Below the pieces are notes generated by a model, which did no database searches, had not been told where the DNA came from, and worked only from the letters and a program-made list of their open reading frames with translations. This document shows positions 26,731-36,702 of a stretch of DNA of 64,000 nt, one piece after another. Position numbers and translations under genes: made by a program. Position 1 is the first letter of the stretch; each line of letters begins with the position of its first letter. This stretch comes from a virus (Duplodnaviria > Caudoviricetes): positions 96,001 through 160,000 of the IMG/VR virus record IMGVR_UViG_642918914_000001; one strand, 5' to 3'.

Positions 26731-29700
26731 ATGGATCTCGTCATCAAACAACAGGCTTCGGGCACTGGATTGCCCGCAGTCACGGAACAATCAACATCTA
26801 CGTACCAAGCTGGGTCCATCATCACCCAGACCATTCTTCTGCAACCCACGGGAACGACGGGAAGCACGTATTCGTCGCCAGTGGGCTTTAGCCATCTCTC
26901 GCTGACGGTGACTGGCGCAGTTCAGTTGACGGGAACGCGGGCGGGTAACACCAGCTATCTGAATCAGATCGTCAATCAGTCGATCTCGATCGACGATACC
27001 GTGGACTCGTTTGTTGTGACCAACACGACGAACGTGGCGGTCACGGCGAAGATGACGTACACGGTGGCCATCACCAACGCGACGCCTCTCCCATCGCTGG
27101 TGATCAGCGTCAATGGGATGACGGGAGCGGTGACGGTTGATGCAGCCAATCTGCCGGGACTTGCTACAGTGGCGAAGACCGGACTGTACACTGATCTGGC
27201 AGGAGCGCCAGTGTTGGCGCCAGTTGCAACGTCGGGCAGCTACACCGACCTCACGAACAAGCCGACGATCCCAGCAGCGCAGGTCAACAGCGACTGGAAT
27301 TCGACTGGGGGGCTGTCGCAGATCCTGAATCGTCCGACGCTGGCCGCAGTGGCCACGAGTGGTCTGTATAGCGACCTGACTGGGAAGCCAGTTCTGGCCA
27401 CGGTTGCGACGAGTGGGCTGTACAGCGATCTCACTGGAAAGCCTGCGCTGAAGGCAGTGGCAACCACGGGCAGCTATGCCGATCTGCTAAACGTTCCCAC
27501 GTTCGCCACGGTTGCTACGAGCGGCCTGTACAGCGACCTCACGGGAAAGCCAGTGTTGGCGACGGTTGCCACTAGCGGTTCTTATGTTGATCTGACGAAC
27601 AAGCCTGCATTCGCTGCAGTCGCAACGTCGGGCAGCTACACGGATCTGCTGAACAAGCCAGTGTTGGCACAAGTCGCGTCCAGTGGTCTGTATAGTGACC
27701 TGATCGGCGCTCCGTCGTTGGCCGCAGTCGCCACGAGCGGCAGCTATCTGGATCTGCTGAACAAGCCCGCGTTGAAGCCAGTAGCGACGAGTGGTGCGTA
27801 CGCTGACCTCACTGGGACTCCGACGCTGGCAACGGTCGCGCTCAGCGGTTCGTACACGGATCTCTTGAACAAGCCTGCTGACTATTCGCTGCCTGCGGCT
27901 ACTGCGGTTTCGCTTGGCGGTGTGAAGATCGGCGCTGGCATCACTGTGACGGTGGATGGCACGATCAGTGCGTCGACCGGTGGTGTGTCGAGTGTTGGTT
28001 TGGCGATGCCGTCGGACTTCACGGTGACCAACAACCCGCTGACGGCAAACGGCACGCTCATCGTCAATCGTCTGGCGCAAAACGCCAATACGTTCCTTGC
28101 AGGTCCAATCTCAGGGAATGCTGCGATTCCCGGCTATCGTACGATTCAGTGGTCGGATCTGCCAGTAGCCACCACGCTCAATCCAGGAGTTGTGCGTCTT
28201 GGGTCCGGCGTCAACTACACAGGCGGCGCACTCAACGCAAACGTGACGACAGTTGCAGGTCGTACGGGTGACGTGTTGCTGGCAGCTACCGACGTGAGCG
28301 GACTGGCTACTGTTGCGCGTACTGGCAACTACAGCGACCTGAACGGACTCCCGTCGCCATACGTTCTGCCTACGGCCAGCGGCACGGTGTTGGGTGGCAT
28401 CAAGGTGGGAGCCAATCTGTCCATCGACGGAAACGGGGTGCTCAGTGCACAGAACTCGTTCGTGTTGCAACCGGCCACTTCGTCAGTGCTCGGTGGAGTG
28501 AAGATTGGAGCCAACGTGAGCGTGGCTGGTGACGGTACGATCAGCGTTGCTGCTCCGTACACGCTGCCTGTTGCCACATCCACGGTGTTGGGCGGTGTGA
28601 AGCAGGGCACCAACGTGAGCGTGGCTGGCGACGGGACGTTGAGTGTGGCGACCGCCAGCAGCACGGTTCTGGGTCTGGTGAAGGGTGGTGGAACCAACAT
28701 CACCATCGCAACGGACGGAACGCTGAATGTACCGACGGGCGCTGGCTACACTTTGCCAATCGCCACGACTAGTGTCGTTGGCGGTGTGCAAGTGGGCAAT
28801 GGTCTGGCTGTGACCGCAGGCGGATTGCTGTCTACCAACATCCAGACGGTGGCTGGCGTCAGCCCTGTGTCTGGTGATGTGCCGCTGGCTGTCGCCAACA
28901 TCACTGGCGCCGCGCCGCTGGCAAGTCCGACGTTCACGGGCGCACCTGCTGGTCCGACGCCTACGGCCGGCGATCAGAGCACGAAGCTGGCAACCACGCA
29001 ATTCGCCTACAATCTTGTGTCTGGTGTACAGACCGTGAACGTGGCGGGCGGGGTAGATGTGACGTTGACTCCGACGCAGTATGGAGCGGGCATTCTTCTG
29101 CTGAGCGGTGCGCTCACTGCGAACATCAACCTCATCCTTCCGGCGCAAGGAGGCAACTACACCATCTACAACGGGACGACGGGCGGGTTCACAGTCACTG
29201 CCAAGGCATCGGGCGCTACAGGCACCACGGTAGCTATGGTGTCCGGCCAGACCTACAGCCTGATGTGTGATGGGACGAATGTTCGTGCGCTGGGGGGTGG
29301 AGCAGGGTCCACCTTCTTCTCACGCACTTCGTTCTCCGCCACTGCTGGACAAACGACGTTCAACGTCACGTATCCGCCGGGCGCACTCATCGCGATCGTG
29401 AATGGTGCCGTGGTGTCTACCGCCAACTACACGGCAAACGACGGGGCGACCGTAGTCTTCAATCAGGCGTTGGACGGTACCGAAGAAGTCGTGTTCTTGG
29501 TGTGGACCGCGTTTGCGGTAGCCAACGCGCTGCCGTTGAGCGGCGGAACGATGGCAGGTCCCATCACGTTGACGGGCAACGATACGTCGGTCACACAGGC
29601 GACCGCGGACAGCAGCACGAAGCTGGCCACTACGGCGTTCGTTCACACGGTGGTCGCCAGTGTGGCGCTGGCGCGCGCCGTAGTAACGCTGGGCAACCTC

Positions 29701-30000
29701 ACCGCCAGCCAAGTGTCCAACACCGATCTGTCGACGGTTGGGTTCACCAATCAGACGCAGGTGGTGAGTCTGGTGCGAGTGGACACGGGAGCAAGCGACC
29801 AGTATCAGGTGCAGATCATTGAGACTGTGTCGGGTGTAGAAACTGTTGTCTATCAGTCGATCGTTGAGACCGGCCCTATGAAGGATCTGGTGCCGTTCAC
29901 CATCGATCGTACGGTGTCCAACAGCACGCTCACGTTGCGAGTGACGGCCACCACGGCCACCACTGGCACCACGGTCCGACTGGTAAGTCAAGGAGTGTAA
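26731..30000 (+). CDS. long fibre protein with 18-aa shaft repeats
   Basis: LA.VATSG.Y.DL..KP repeats, LGGVKIG repeats, ATAGQTTF.V.Y module. Confidence 0.85.
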   Translation: MDLVIKQQASGTGLPAVTEQSTSTYQAGSIITQTILLQPTGTTGSTYSSPVGFSHLSLTVTGAVQLTGTRAGNTSYLNQIVNQSISIDDTVDSFVVTNTTNVAVTAKMTYTVAITNATPLPSLVISVNGMTGAVTVDAANLPGLATVAKTGLYTDLAGAPVLAPVATSGSYTDLTNKPTIPAAQVNSDWNSTGGLSQILNRPTLAAVATSGLYSDLTGKPVLATVATSGLYSDLTGKPALKAVATTGSYADLLNVPTFATVATSGLYSDLTGKPVLATVATSGSYVDLTNKPAFAAVATSGSYTDLLNKPVLAQVASSGLYSDLIGAPSLAAVATSGSYLDLLNKPALKPVATSGAYADLTGTPTLATVALSGSYTDLLNKPADYSLPAATAVSLGGVKIGAGITVTVDGTISASTGGVSSVGLAMPSDFTVTNNPLTANGTLIVNRLAQNANTFLAGPISGNAAIPGYRTIQWSDLPVATTLNPGVVRLGSGVNYTGGALNANVTTVAGRTGDVLLAATDVSGLATVARTGNYSDLNGLPSPYVLPTASGTVLGGIKVGANLSIDGNGVLSAQNSFVLQPATSSVLGGVKIGANVSVAGDGTISVAAPYTLPVATSTVLGGVKQGTNVSVAGDGTLSVATASSTVLGLVKGGGTNITIATDGTLNVPTGAGYTLPIATTSVVGGVQVGNGLAVTAGGLLSTNIQTVAGVSPVSGDVPLAVANITGAAPLASPTFTGAPAGPTPTAGDQSTKLATTQFAYNLVSGVQTVNVAGGVDVTLTPTQYGAGILLLSGALTANINLILPAQGGNYTIYNGTTGGFTVTAKASGATGTTVAMVSGQTYSLMCDGTNVRALGGGAGSTFFSRTSFSATAGQTTFNVTYPPGALIAIVNGAVVSTANYTANDGATVVFNQALDGTEEVVFLVWTAFAVANALPLSGGTMAGPITLTGNDTSVTQATADSSTKLATTAFVHTVVASVALARAVVTLGNLTASQVSNTDLSTVGFTNQTQVVSLVRVDTGASDQYQVQIIETVSGVETVVYQSIVETGPMKDLVPFTIDRTVSNSTLTLRVTATTATTGTTVRLVSQGV
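27160..27878 (+). repeat. 12 copies of an 18-aa (54-nt) repeat LA(T/A)VATSG(L/S)Y(S/T)DL..KP
   Basis: 2 + 10 tandem units counted in the translation. Confidence 0.9.
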
Positions 30001-30003
30001 TAG

Positions 30004-32925
30004 ATGGCACGGCCACCTTTCCCAACGGCCACTGACTACCTGCAGATTCTGACGGATGATTTCTACGCGGGACTCAACCAGAAGAATCTGCGGGAGATGT
30101 GGACCCCGTACACGAGTGCTTCACTCATCAACAGCTTCACGCTCCCAACGGGAGGCTCTACCATCAATGGCGCGTGGTCAATTGACTCGGGGGACCCTTC
30201 GCTCCCACTGAGTCAGCAGGAGCCACGTGCCTACTGCGTTAAGGGCAAGATCAGCTGCTCGGTGAGTGGCACCACACTCATCGTTCGAGTGCAGCTCAAC
30301 AGTGGCTGGGGCAGCGCCAGTGTGTATGTGGACGGGGTCAAACCCTCCACTATCTCGGGCCTCGCGTCGTATGCCGACACGATTGACTGCAATCTGGACA
30401 ATCATGCGGGTGTGGTTGGAGGTAATCAGTACTACGACTTGGTGATCGCGGACGGTCTGTCGAGCAGTGGCCCACACACGATCGATCTGTATGTGAACAA
30501 CGGGGCTTCGGGCTTCGTGGTGATTGCTGGATACAAGAGTCGCGCCTATCAGCAGGTTGGCAACAACTACAGCGGATGGGTGGCTGATGCGACGACCGGG
30601 CTCAATCGGAAGACGCTCACCCTGAAGAACGTGAGCACCAATCCGATAGCAGCCGTGTCGCTTGCTATACCGTCCGGGGTGGTGAATCCAGACGGATCCG
30701 CCATCAGCAGTCCGGTGAACGTAGGTACTATCAGTCCTGGAGCTTCGTACAGCCTACCCTACGCAGTGAACGGAGCCTCTATTGGTTCGTTGACACCCGT
30801 GATCACTTTTGGAATGAGTGCGCAGTACGCGGATCCCGCAGGATCCATCAGTCTGCCGGTGGCAGTCACGCTGCCAGTGGGCAACACTGGACTCACGTTT
30901 GACACGCATTGGTCGATGGACAACAGCACGCCGACCAGCGTGGAACGTGCGTTCAGTACGGCTCTCAACGCAACCGTGTCTTGGACGATGACCGACACGC
31001 AGTTCACCATCACTCTGCAGAAGGACAGTGGATGGGGAACGGCAAAGGTGATGGTGGGCGGCACGCAGTATGGAACGTTGAGCAGTAACGACGCGGTTGG
31101 CGGTGGCTTTCTTGCAGACACCACGATCACTGGGTTGCCCGCAGGTAGCAAGACGGTGAGTCTAGTGGCGACCACAAATGGCAGCAAGCCGTTTGTGTTC
31201 ACTCAGGTGGCGTTCAACACCACGCTCACGCTGACGCAGGTGTCGGAGAATGTGAATCTCAACTACGCGCTGTCCTACATACCGCCGTTTGCGCCAGCAA
31301 ATCCCTCACTGGGCGCAAATGGTGAGATCACGTGGACGGCGTCTAGCAGTTCGGCTTCGGACTATTCGATCCCGCGGGACAACACTGGCATCACCGAGTA
31401 TCGAGTGAAGACTCGATTCCCAACGTTCGCTGTGTACTACGCAACCGGGATGGGCGATCTTCTGTCCAACTTCGACGTGGTGATAATCGAACCGACCGCG
31501 GTGAGTCGCGCGCAAGTTGCTGCGTGGCAGGCCAAGGGCATTCTGGTTTTGGGCTACGTGTCGTTCGGCGAAGAAGACGGAGAGCGCGTCGATATCTACG
31601 ACTTGAGTGACAATCGTCTCCAGCCGCACGTGGATGACGGCAAGGGTCCTGGCGGATTTGCATCCTACTACAACAAGGGAGGGAATGGATTCCGCGAGGC
31701 GTCTGAATGCCAGAACGACAATCAGGCGGCGAACGGGACGAAGACCTGTGCACTGGCCAACGCTCACTACTTCAAGGGAGTTGGGCGTTGTGGTCTTGCC
31801 TGTCAGTGGGACTCGCAGAACGGGTACGCAGCTCAGTCAACGGGCGGTGCCTGCGCCAAGGGCTACACGAGCGCCAACTTCTGGCAGCGTGATGCAACGC
31901 AGGCTTGTCAGAATGCTTCGTGTCCTCAGTACAATCCGACGAATACCAAGTGTCCGCAGTATCAGCAGGCAACGGTACACTGGGGACAGGACTTCTCGAT
32001 TGCTACTCCCAATCTGCCGGATCAGAATGGTATCTGGGGTTCGACCTACACGAATCCGTTGATGCCTCGGTGGAAGCAGAAGCTACAGAACTTCTATATG
32101 CCGTACGTGTTCGGTACTCAGACGCAGATGACGGAGAACATCGCTGTCAAGTCGCATGTGGGTGGCGCGAGTGGCACCAAGACGTTCGTGGCGCGAGTCA
32201 ACGGTTATCCGTTCGACGATCAGGCGGCGTTCTCGGTCACGACTGTGAACGGGTCCTACACCTATTTGCCGAATTCGGACTACGGGTACGACGCAGTGAC
32301 CGGCGTGTTCTCGTTTGATCTGACGGCAGGTACAAGCGGTGGAGCACCAGCCCTCACTGATGGAACGCAGCTGAAGTTCACGTACTACAAGAAGGGACTG
32401 CAGTGCGATGGGCTGTTCATGGACACTGTGGACACGGTAGACGTGTATCCAAGCGATCAGTTCAATCAGGGTATGGCCGACATGATCAACGGCCTGAAGC
32501 AGCAATACCCGAACGCGCACTTCTGCTCGAATCGTGGGTTCTCGGTTCTTAACAAGATCATCAAGAGCTGTCGATTTGTGATGTTCGAGTCTTTCCTGTC
32601 GGACTACAACTTCACAACGGGAAGCTATCAGCTGGTGACGGATCCGGACAGTGTGGCGTTCAACAACGAGATCATTCAACAGCTGAACACGTTGCGCAAT
32701 CAGTACACGTTCGACGTTATCGCGTTGAACTACGCGCCGAACGATTCGTCAGGGGACAGCATACGAGACACGGTGAACGCCAAAGCCTACGAACTGGGTT
32801 ACATGTCGTGGCTGTCGGTCATCGATCTGAATGCGCCCCAACTGACGAATGTCAACGTGAACCCGAATGGCGTCATTCGACAGAATCAGTGGACTATCGT
32901 GAGGAAGAAGAAGTATGGCAGCTAA
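30004..32925 (+). CDS. virion-associated glycoside hydrolase, GH114/GH166 (PelA/Ega3-like endo-alpha-1,4-galactosaminidase) with N-terminal beta-sandwich domains
   Basis: FAVYY...FDVVIIEP...LGYVSFGE; DGLFMDTVD; GM..MI..LKQQYP....SNRGF; VMFES; VIALNY. Confidence 0.75.
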   Translation: MARPPFPTATDYLQILTDDFYAGLNQKNLREMWTPYTSASLINSFTLPTGGSTINGAWSIDSGDPSLPLSQQEPRAYCVKGKISCSVSGTTLIVRVQLNSGWGSASVYVDGVKPSTISGLASYADTIDCNLDNHAGVVGGNQYYDLVIADGLSSSGPHTIDLYVNNGASGFVVIAGYKSRAYQQVGNNYSGWVADATTGLNRKTLTLKNVSTNPIAAVSLAIPSGVVNPDGSAISSPVNVGTISPGASYSLPYAVNGASIGSLTPVITFGMSAQYADPAGSISLPVAVTLPVGNTGLTFDTHWSMDNSTPTSVERAFSTALNATVSWTMTDTQFTITLQKDSGWGTAKVMVGGTQYGTLSSNDAVGGGFLADTTITGLPAGSKTVSLVATTNGSKPFVFTQVAFNTTLTLTQVSENVNLNYALSYIPPFAPANPSLGANGEITWTASSSSASDYSIPRDNTGITEYRVKTRFPTFAVYYATGMGDLLSNFDVVIIEPTAVSRAQVAAWQAKGILVLGYVSFGEEDGERVDIYDLSDNRLQPHVDDGKGPGGFASYYNKGGNGFREASECQNDNQAANGTKTCALANAHYFKGVGRCGLACQWDSQNGYAAQSTGGACAKGYTSANFWQRDATQACQNASCPQYNPTNTKCPQYQQATVHWGQDFSIATPNLPDQNGIWGSTYTNPLMPRWKQKLQNFYMPYVFGTQTQMTENIAVKSHVGGASGTKTFVARVNGYPFDDQAAFSVTTVNGSYTYLPNSDYGYDAVTGVFSFDLTAGTSGGAPALTDGTQLKFTYYKKGLQCDGLFMDTVDTVDVYPSDQFNQGMADMINGLKQQYPNAHFCSNRGFSVLNKIIKSCRFVMFESFLSDYNFTTGSYQLVTDPDSVAFNNEIIQQLNTLRNQYTFDVIALNYAPNDSSGDSIRDTVNAKAYELGYMSWLSVIDLNAPQLTNVNVNPNGVIRQNQWTIVRKKKYGS

Positions 32926-33151
32926 TCCGTTTCTCACCAACATTCCCGTGGTGAGCATAGTGACGGCGGTGCGCGTAGTGAATGGAGTGGAAGTCGAAAC
33001 GCCGGTTGGCGACTGCATCCGAGTGTGGGGGCGCGTTGGTAACGCCTCGCACTCCAACCAAGATGACCCACTGATCCCCACCGCCCAGAATCCGCGACTG
33101 ACTCCCACGCGGTACGATTTCATGCGCCAGAAGCCGTACGGCAAGGCATAA
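32915..33151 (+). CDS. hypothetical protein
   Basis: 78 aa, overlaps the previous stop, fills the gap. Confidence 0.6.
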   Translation: MAANPFLTNIPVVSIVTAVRVVNGVEVETPVGDCIRVWGRVGNASHSNQDDPLIPTAQNPRLTPTRYDFMRQKPYGKA

Positions 33152-33164
33152 CATAGGGTGACGT

Positions 33165-35444
33165 ATGACTCAATCATTGAATCTTGCTCGGTTGTCCACA
33201 TTCCTGACGGTGGATGCTTCCGGCAACATCGTTGCAAAGCAGAACCCTGCGGCGCTGGACAACACACTGAAGCTGGTGACCTCGTCCTGGAGCAATGCGG
33301 CGATCTCACAGGCGATCGCAACACTGCAGACGTCACTTAGCGGCAGCACAGGCGCCAGTCAGGTAGGGTTCATCGCAGCCGGATCTGCCGCCGTCGCTCG
33401 CAGCGTGCAAAGCGTGCTGCGCGATCGCGTGAACGTGCGGAACTACGGTGTGTTGGGCGTTGGTACTGACGACACGCTGGCACTCAGCACCATGATGGCC
33501 ACACTGCAGTCTGCCGGTCAGGTGGTAGACGTGTATTTCCCAGCAGGTCTGTATCTCGTATCAGGGTCAGGGATTGTTGGCAATCAGTTCATCGGGCGCA
33601 TTCACGGCGATGGTCCTACGGCATCTGTCATCCAGGCAGCCAGCAGCGCAATGACCAGCCCTGCGCTGTCGTTCAGCTCGACAGCGGACGGTATCACTAT
33701 CCAGGACATCGGCATCCTGGGTCCGGGTCAGGCAGCGGGTGCGGGCCAGGACGGTGTGGTGATCGCCAACGGATCGAGTCCGGTGCGTCAGCCGCGTCTC
33801 GTGAACTGTGAGGTGTACAACTGGCCAGGACGTGCATTCAACATCAGCACTCCGATCGCAGGGGTGGCCGAGAACTGCCGCGTGCAGAACAACGTGCATG
33901 GCTTCTACCTGAACGGCGGCACGAGCTTCACGTTCATCAACTGCTATCCCAACGGTAACCTGAAGTCCGGCTACTGGCTGAATGGAACAACGTACAGTGC
34001 GGCGATCGGCTGCGCAGCAGACACCAATGGCGTCGCTTGGCTGTTGTCCGGCGTCACCGTCTTCAGCATGGTGGGTTGCGGCAATGAGGCGGGGACTGCC
34101 TACAACCTGACGATCACCAACAGCAGCTTGACGTCGAACGTTGCGACCTTCACGTATTCTGGTCCCGACCAGTCGGCGGACTTCATCGGCAATGGCCGCA
34201 CCATCGTCATTCGTGGATCGACCAACATACCAGCGGCCAACGCCGGGATTTCGGGATTGGGTGATGGTCGGTGGCCAATTGCAAGTGTTGGCACCAACAC
34301 TGTGAGCATCGCGCTGACGGGCACCAATATCACTTCGGCTGCGGACGTGGGTACCGTTAGCTTCTGGGCTGGGGACGGCATCGTCAGTAATGGTTCTACC
34401 GTGATCCAAGTCATGGGTTATCGGACGATTGCTCCGGCACAGACCAGCAGCTCCATGATTGTGACCGAGGGCAGCAGCAACCAGATCACGCTTCAGGGCA
34501 TGCGCAGTACGCAAGGTAGCGGACAGGCGCAGACCACGGACATGTGGTTTGGTTCGGGTTCCAGCAACATCATTCGCATGAACAACGCGTTCAGCGGACA
34601 GACGTATCAAGGAGCCACCAACATCACGACCGTGTCCAACGGTACGTGGACTGTACCTACACTCACTGCAACGGCTGCCATCAACTCGAATGGTGCGTTG
34701 ACCCTGACGCAGTTGGCGTCGGCCTCCTCGGGATCCAACGTCAACAGTCCAGCGGTCAACCTGCTCAGTACCTACTGGACGGGCACTGCATCGGCGCAGG
34801 ACACGGTGACGATTCAGGCAAAGCCAGCCGCGTCGGGCGCCAATCCGCTGATTTCGCTCAACTTCCAGCACAGCTCAGGATCGTCTGGTGGTATGCAGCT
34901 GTCCGTGAACGGTAACGCCGTTATCACTGGCGGTGGTCAGTTCATCGGCGGAGGCGGTATCAGCACGACTGGCAACGCAGTGATTGGGGGCACGCTGAGT
35001 GTGACTGGGGTAGCGACAGGACCTACGCCCACGCCCGGAGACAACAGCACGAAGTTGGCGACCACCGCATTCGTTCAAGCTGCGATTCCTGCGGCGGGTA
35101 CCATCCCGTACGACATGCCGATGTTCTTCCCAGGAACGATGACCGCGAATCAGTTGCTGGCGCGCACCATCTTCACGCGAAACATCACGTGGCCTGTATC
35201 GCTGACCGGCACTCAGTGCAGTGCCCCTTCTGGACAAGGAGCAACCGCCAGCACCACGGTCACTCTGTACCAGAATGGAACAAGTATCGGAACGTTGACG
35301 TGGGCCGCAGGTAGCACGACGCCTACCATCACGTTCAGTGCGCAGGTCAACTGGGTAGCAGGTGACGTACTCACGATCTTTGCTCCAGCATCCCCGGACA
35401 CAACGCTGGCCAATGTAAGTCTGACTGTAGCAGCCTTCCGATAA
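33165..35444 (+). CDS. tailspike / depolymerase with right-handed beta-helix (pectate-lyase-3-like)
   Basis: GASQVGF...RSVQ..LRDRVNVRNYG..G.GTDDT.A...VYFPAG.Y; Asn/Cys-ladder beta-helix; C-terminal YD...FFPG...AGDVLTI.AP..PD.TLA domain. Confidence 0.85.
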   Translation: MTQSLNLARLSTFLTVDASGNIVAKQNPAALDNTLKLVTSSWSNAAISQAIATLQTSLSGSTGASQVGFIAAGSAAVARSVQSVLRDRVNVRNYGVLGVGTDDTLALSTMMATLQSAGQVVDVYFPAGLYLVSGSGIVGNQFIGRIHGDGPTASVIQAASSAMTSPALSFSSTADGITIQDIGILGPGQAAGAGQDGVVIANGSSPVRQPRLVNCEVYNWPGRAFNISTPIAGVAENCRVQNNVHGFYLNGGTSFTFINCYPNGNLKSGYWLNGTTYSAAIGCAADTNGVAWLLSGVTVFSMVGCGNEAGTAYNLTITNSSLTSNVATFTYSGPDQSADFIGNGRTIVIRGSTNIPAANAGISGLGDGRWPIASVGTNTVSIALTGTNITSAADVGTVSFWAGDGIVSNGSTVIQVMGYRTIAPAQTSSSMIVTEGSSNQITLQGMRSTQGSGQAQTTDMWFGSGSSNIIRMNNAFSGQTYQGATNITTVSNGTWTVPTLTATAAINSNGALTLTQLASASSGSNVNSPAVNLLSTYWTGTASAQDTVTIQAKPAASGANPLISLNFQHSSGSSGGMQLSVNGNAVITGGGQFIGGGGISTTGNAVIGGTLSVTGVATGPTPTPGDNSTKLATTAFVQAAIPAAGTIPYDMPMFFPGTMTANQLLARTIFTRNITWPVSLTGTQCSAPSGQGATASTTVTLYQNGTSIGTLTWAAGSTTPTITFSAQVNWVAGDVLTIFAPASPDTTLANVSLTVAAFR

Positions 35445-35471
35445 TCGCAGGCTAGGTCCAAAGGAGAATTC

Positions 35472-35876
35472 ATGACTACCGTAGTGGGAGATTGCGCGGA
35501 CTGCATCATCAGTGTCCCAAACAACAGTCTGCTGAGCATGGTGTATCGGGTGTCGGTGGACGAGGGTCAAAATCATCTGATCCGTCATCGTGGCAACGTG
35601 AATGGCTACTATCCGGCGCAATCCGTGAGCGCACAAGGCATCACGCTGGCCGCAGGTAGCAGCCATACTGTGAACGTCAGTACCTCCAGCATTCTGGTGT
35701 CAACCAACACTCCTCTGCAGATGTCGTTGGTGCAGGCTGGAGTCACGGTCACCACCATGACTGTGCGTCAGCTGATGATCGTGGACGACGCGTTCAGCAG
35801 TTTTACGCTGACCAACAACGGAACGACGGACGCTACGATCTTCCTTGCGTACACGTCTGGAAGCAGCACGCAGTAA
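35472..35876 (+). CDS. small virion protein, paralogous to the N-terminal domain of the 26731 fibre
   Basis: AAGGAG RBS; VRQLMIVDDAFSSFTLTN versus VNQSISIDDTVDSFVVTN. Confidence 0.65.
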   Translation: MTTVVGDCADCIISVPNNSLLSMVYRVSVDEGQNHLIRHRGNVNGYYPAQSVSAQGITLAAGSSHTVNVSTSSILVSTNTPLQMSLVQAGVTVTTMTVRQLMIVDDAFSSFTLTNNGTTDATIFLAYTSGSSTQ

Positions 35877-35879
35877 AGC

Positions 35880-35909
35880 AAAAAGCCCCGCTGTTTAGCG
35901 GGGCTTTTT
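35880..35909. terminator. bidirectional intrinsic terminator
   Basis: AAAAAGCCCCGCT-GTTT-AGCGGGGCTTTTT between convergent operons. Confidence 0.92.
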
Positions 35910-35918
35910 CTTTGGCAC

Positions 35919-36695
35919 TTACCACGTGATACTGGTCACTGCATCGGCGGTGTTGGCGTCTTCCACCTCACTCTTAAGCTGTTGCAGACGCTGGAAGTTT
36001 GTCCACCGGCGATCCACGATTGCGGCCAATAGCGCCTGGAGATCAGTCAACTTCAGCTTCACTCCAGTGTTATCTGCTGCCTGCCAGAAGAATCCGGTAG
36101 GAACAGAGCCTGCTGCACTGTACACAATGACCGCCGACTGCAACAGGCGCTCGCTCAAGCCGTCGGCCTGAAACTCGTTCTGCTGATAGGTGATGTTGGC
36201 CGTGGTCGACGCCATGTACGCAGCATCCAATTGCGACAGTTGGCGATTCTTGATGTCGACAAGTGTGTTGCCGCCAGACAAGGATACAGGTGTGCTATTA
36301 GCAGGCGGTTCCACACCCGCCTCAGAGATGGTAGTGATGGTGCCATCTGCCAACTTGAACATCTGTCCTCGATAGTCAGAAACGACTGTCCACTGGCCGT
36401 CTTGAATCAGCGCTACTTGATTCTCGCCGACCTTTGGCTTGTTGTAGACAGTCACCGGGGTAGACACAGCAGCCGGAAGAGCTGAAGGGGCTGGAGCCGC
36501 CATCAGCTCCGTGATGGTCCACCGATTGCCATCCCATTTGGGAACCTGCGTACTTGGCTTGAACGAAGGGGGTTCGAATTGTGTGGTGTTGGGCGGCAAC
36601 AGAACAGTGTTGCCCTGTGCACAGGTTGGATCGATCTGTGCTTGCGCCGTCCCAGTATAGAAGCCTGAGGCGTCATAGGTGTAGACTGTGATCAT
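35919..36695 (-). CDS. tail fibre assembly chaperone (Tfa-like plus DUF4376-like C-terminus)
   Basis: VYTYD..GFY.G...LLPPNTT..EPP, W.VV.DYRG, FQAD...FFWQAADN....L...DL..L, ITW C-terminus. Confidence 0.8.
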   Translation of the reverse strand: MITVYTYDASGFYTGTAQAQIDPTCAQGNTVLLPPNTTQFEPPSFKPSTQVPKWDGNRWTITELMAAPAPSALPAAVSTPVTVYNKPKVGENQVALIQDGQWTVVSDYRGQMFKLADGTITTISEAGVEPPANSTPVSLSGGNTLVDIKNRQLSQLDAAYMASTTANITYQQNEFQADGLSERLLQSAVIVYSAAGSVPTGFFWQAADNTGVKLKLTDLQALLAAIVDRRWTNFQRLQQLKSEVEDANTADAVTSITW

Positions 36696-36702
36696 GGAGC
36701 CC

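Noticed and set aside
8083-36695. Diversity-generating retroelement or invertible tail-fibre cassette
   Set aside because: No reverse transcriptase or invertase was found, no TR/VR pair with adenine-specific mismatches, and no inverted recombination sites. Repeat differences fall at synonymous positions.
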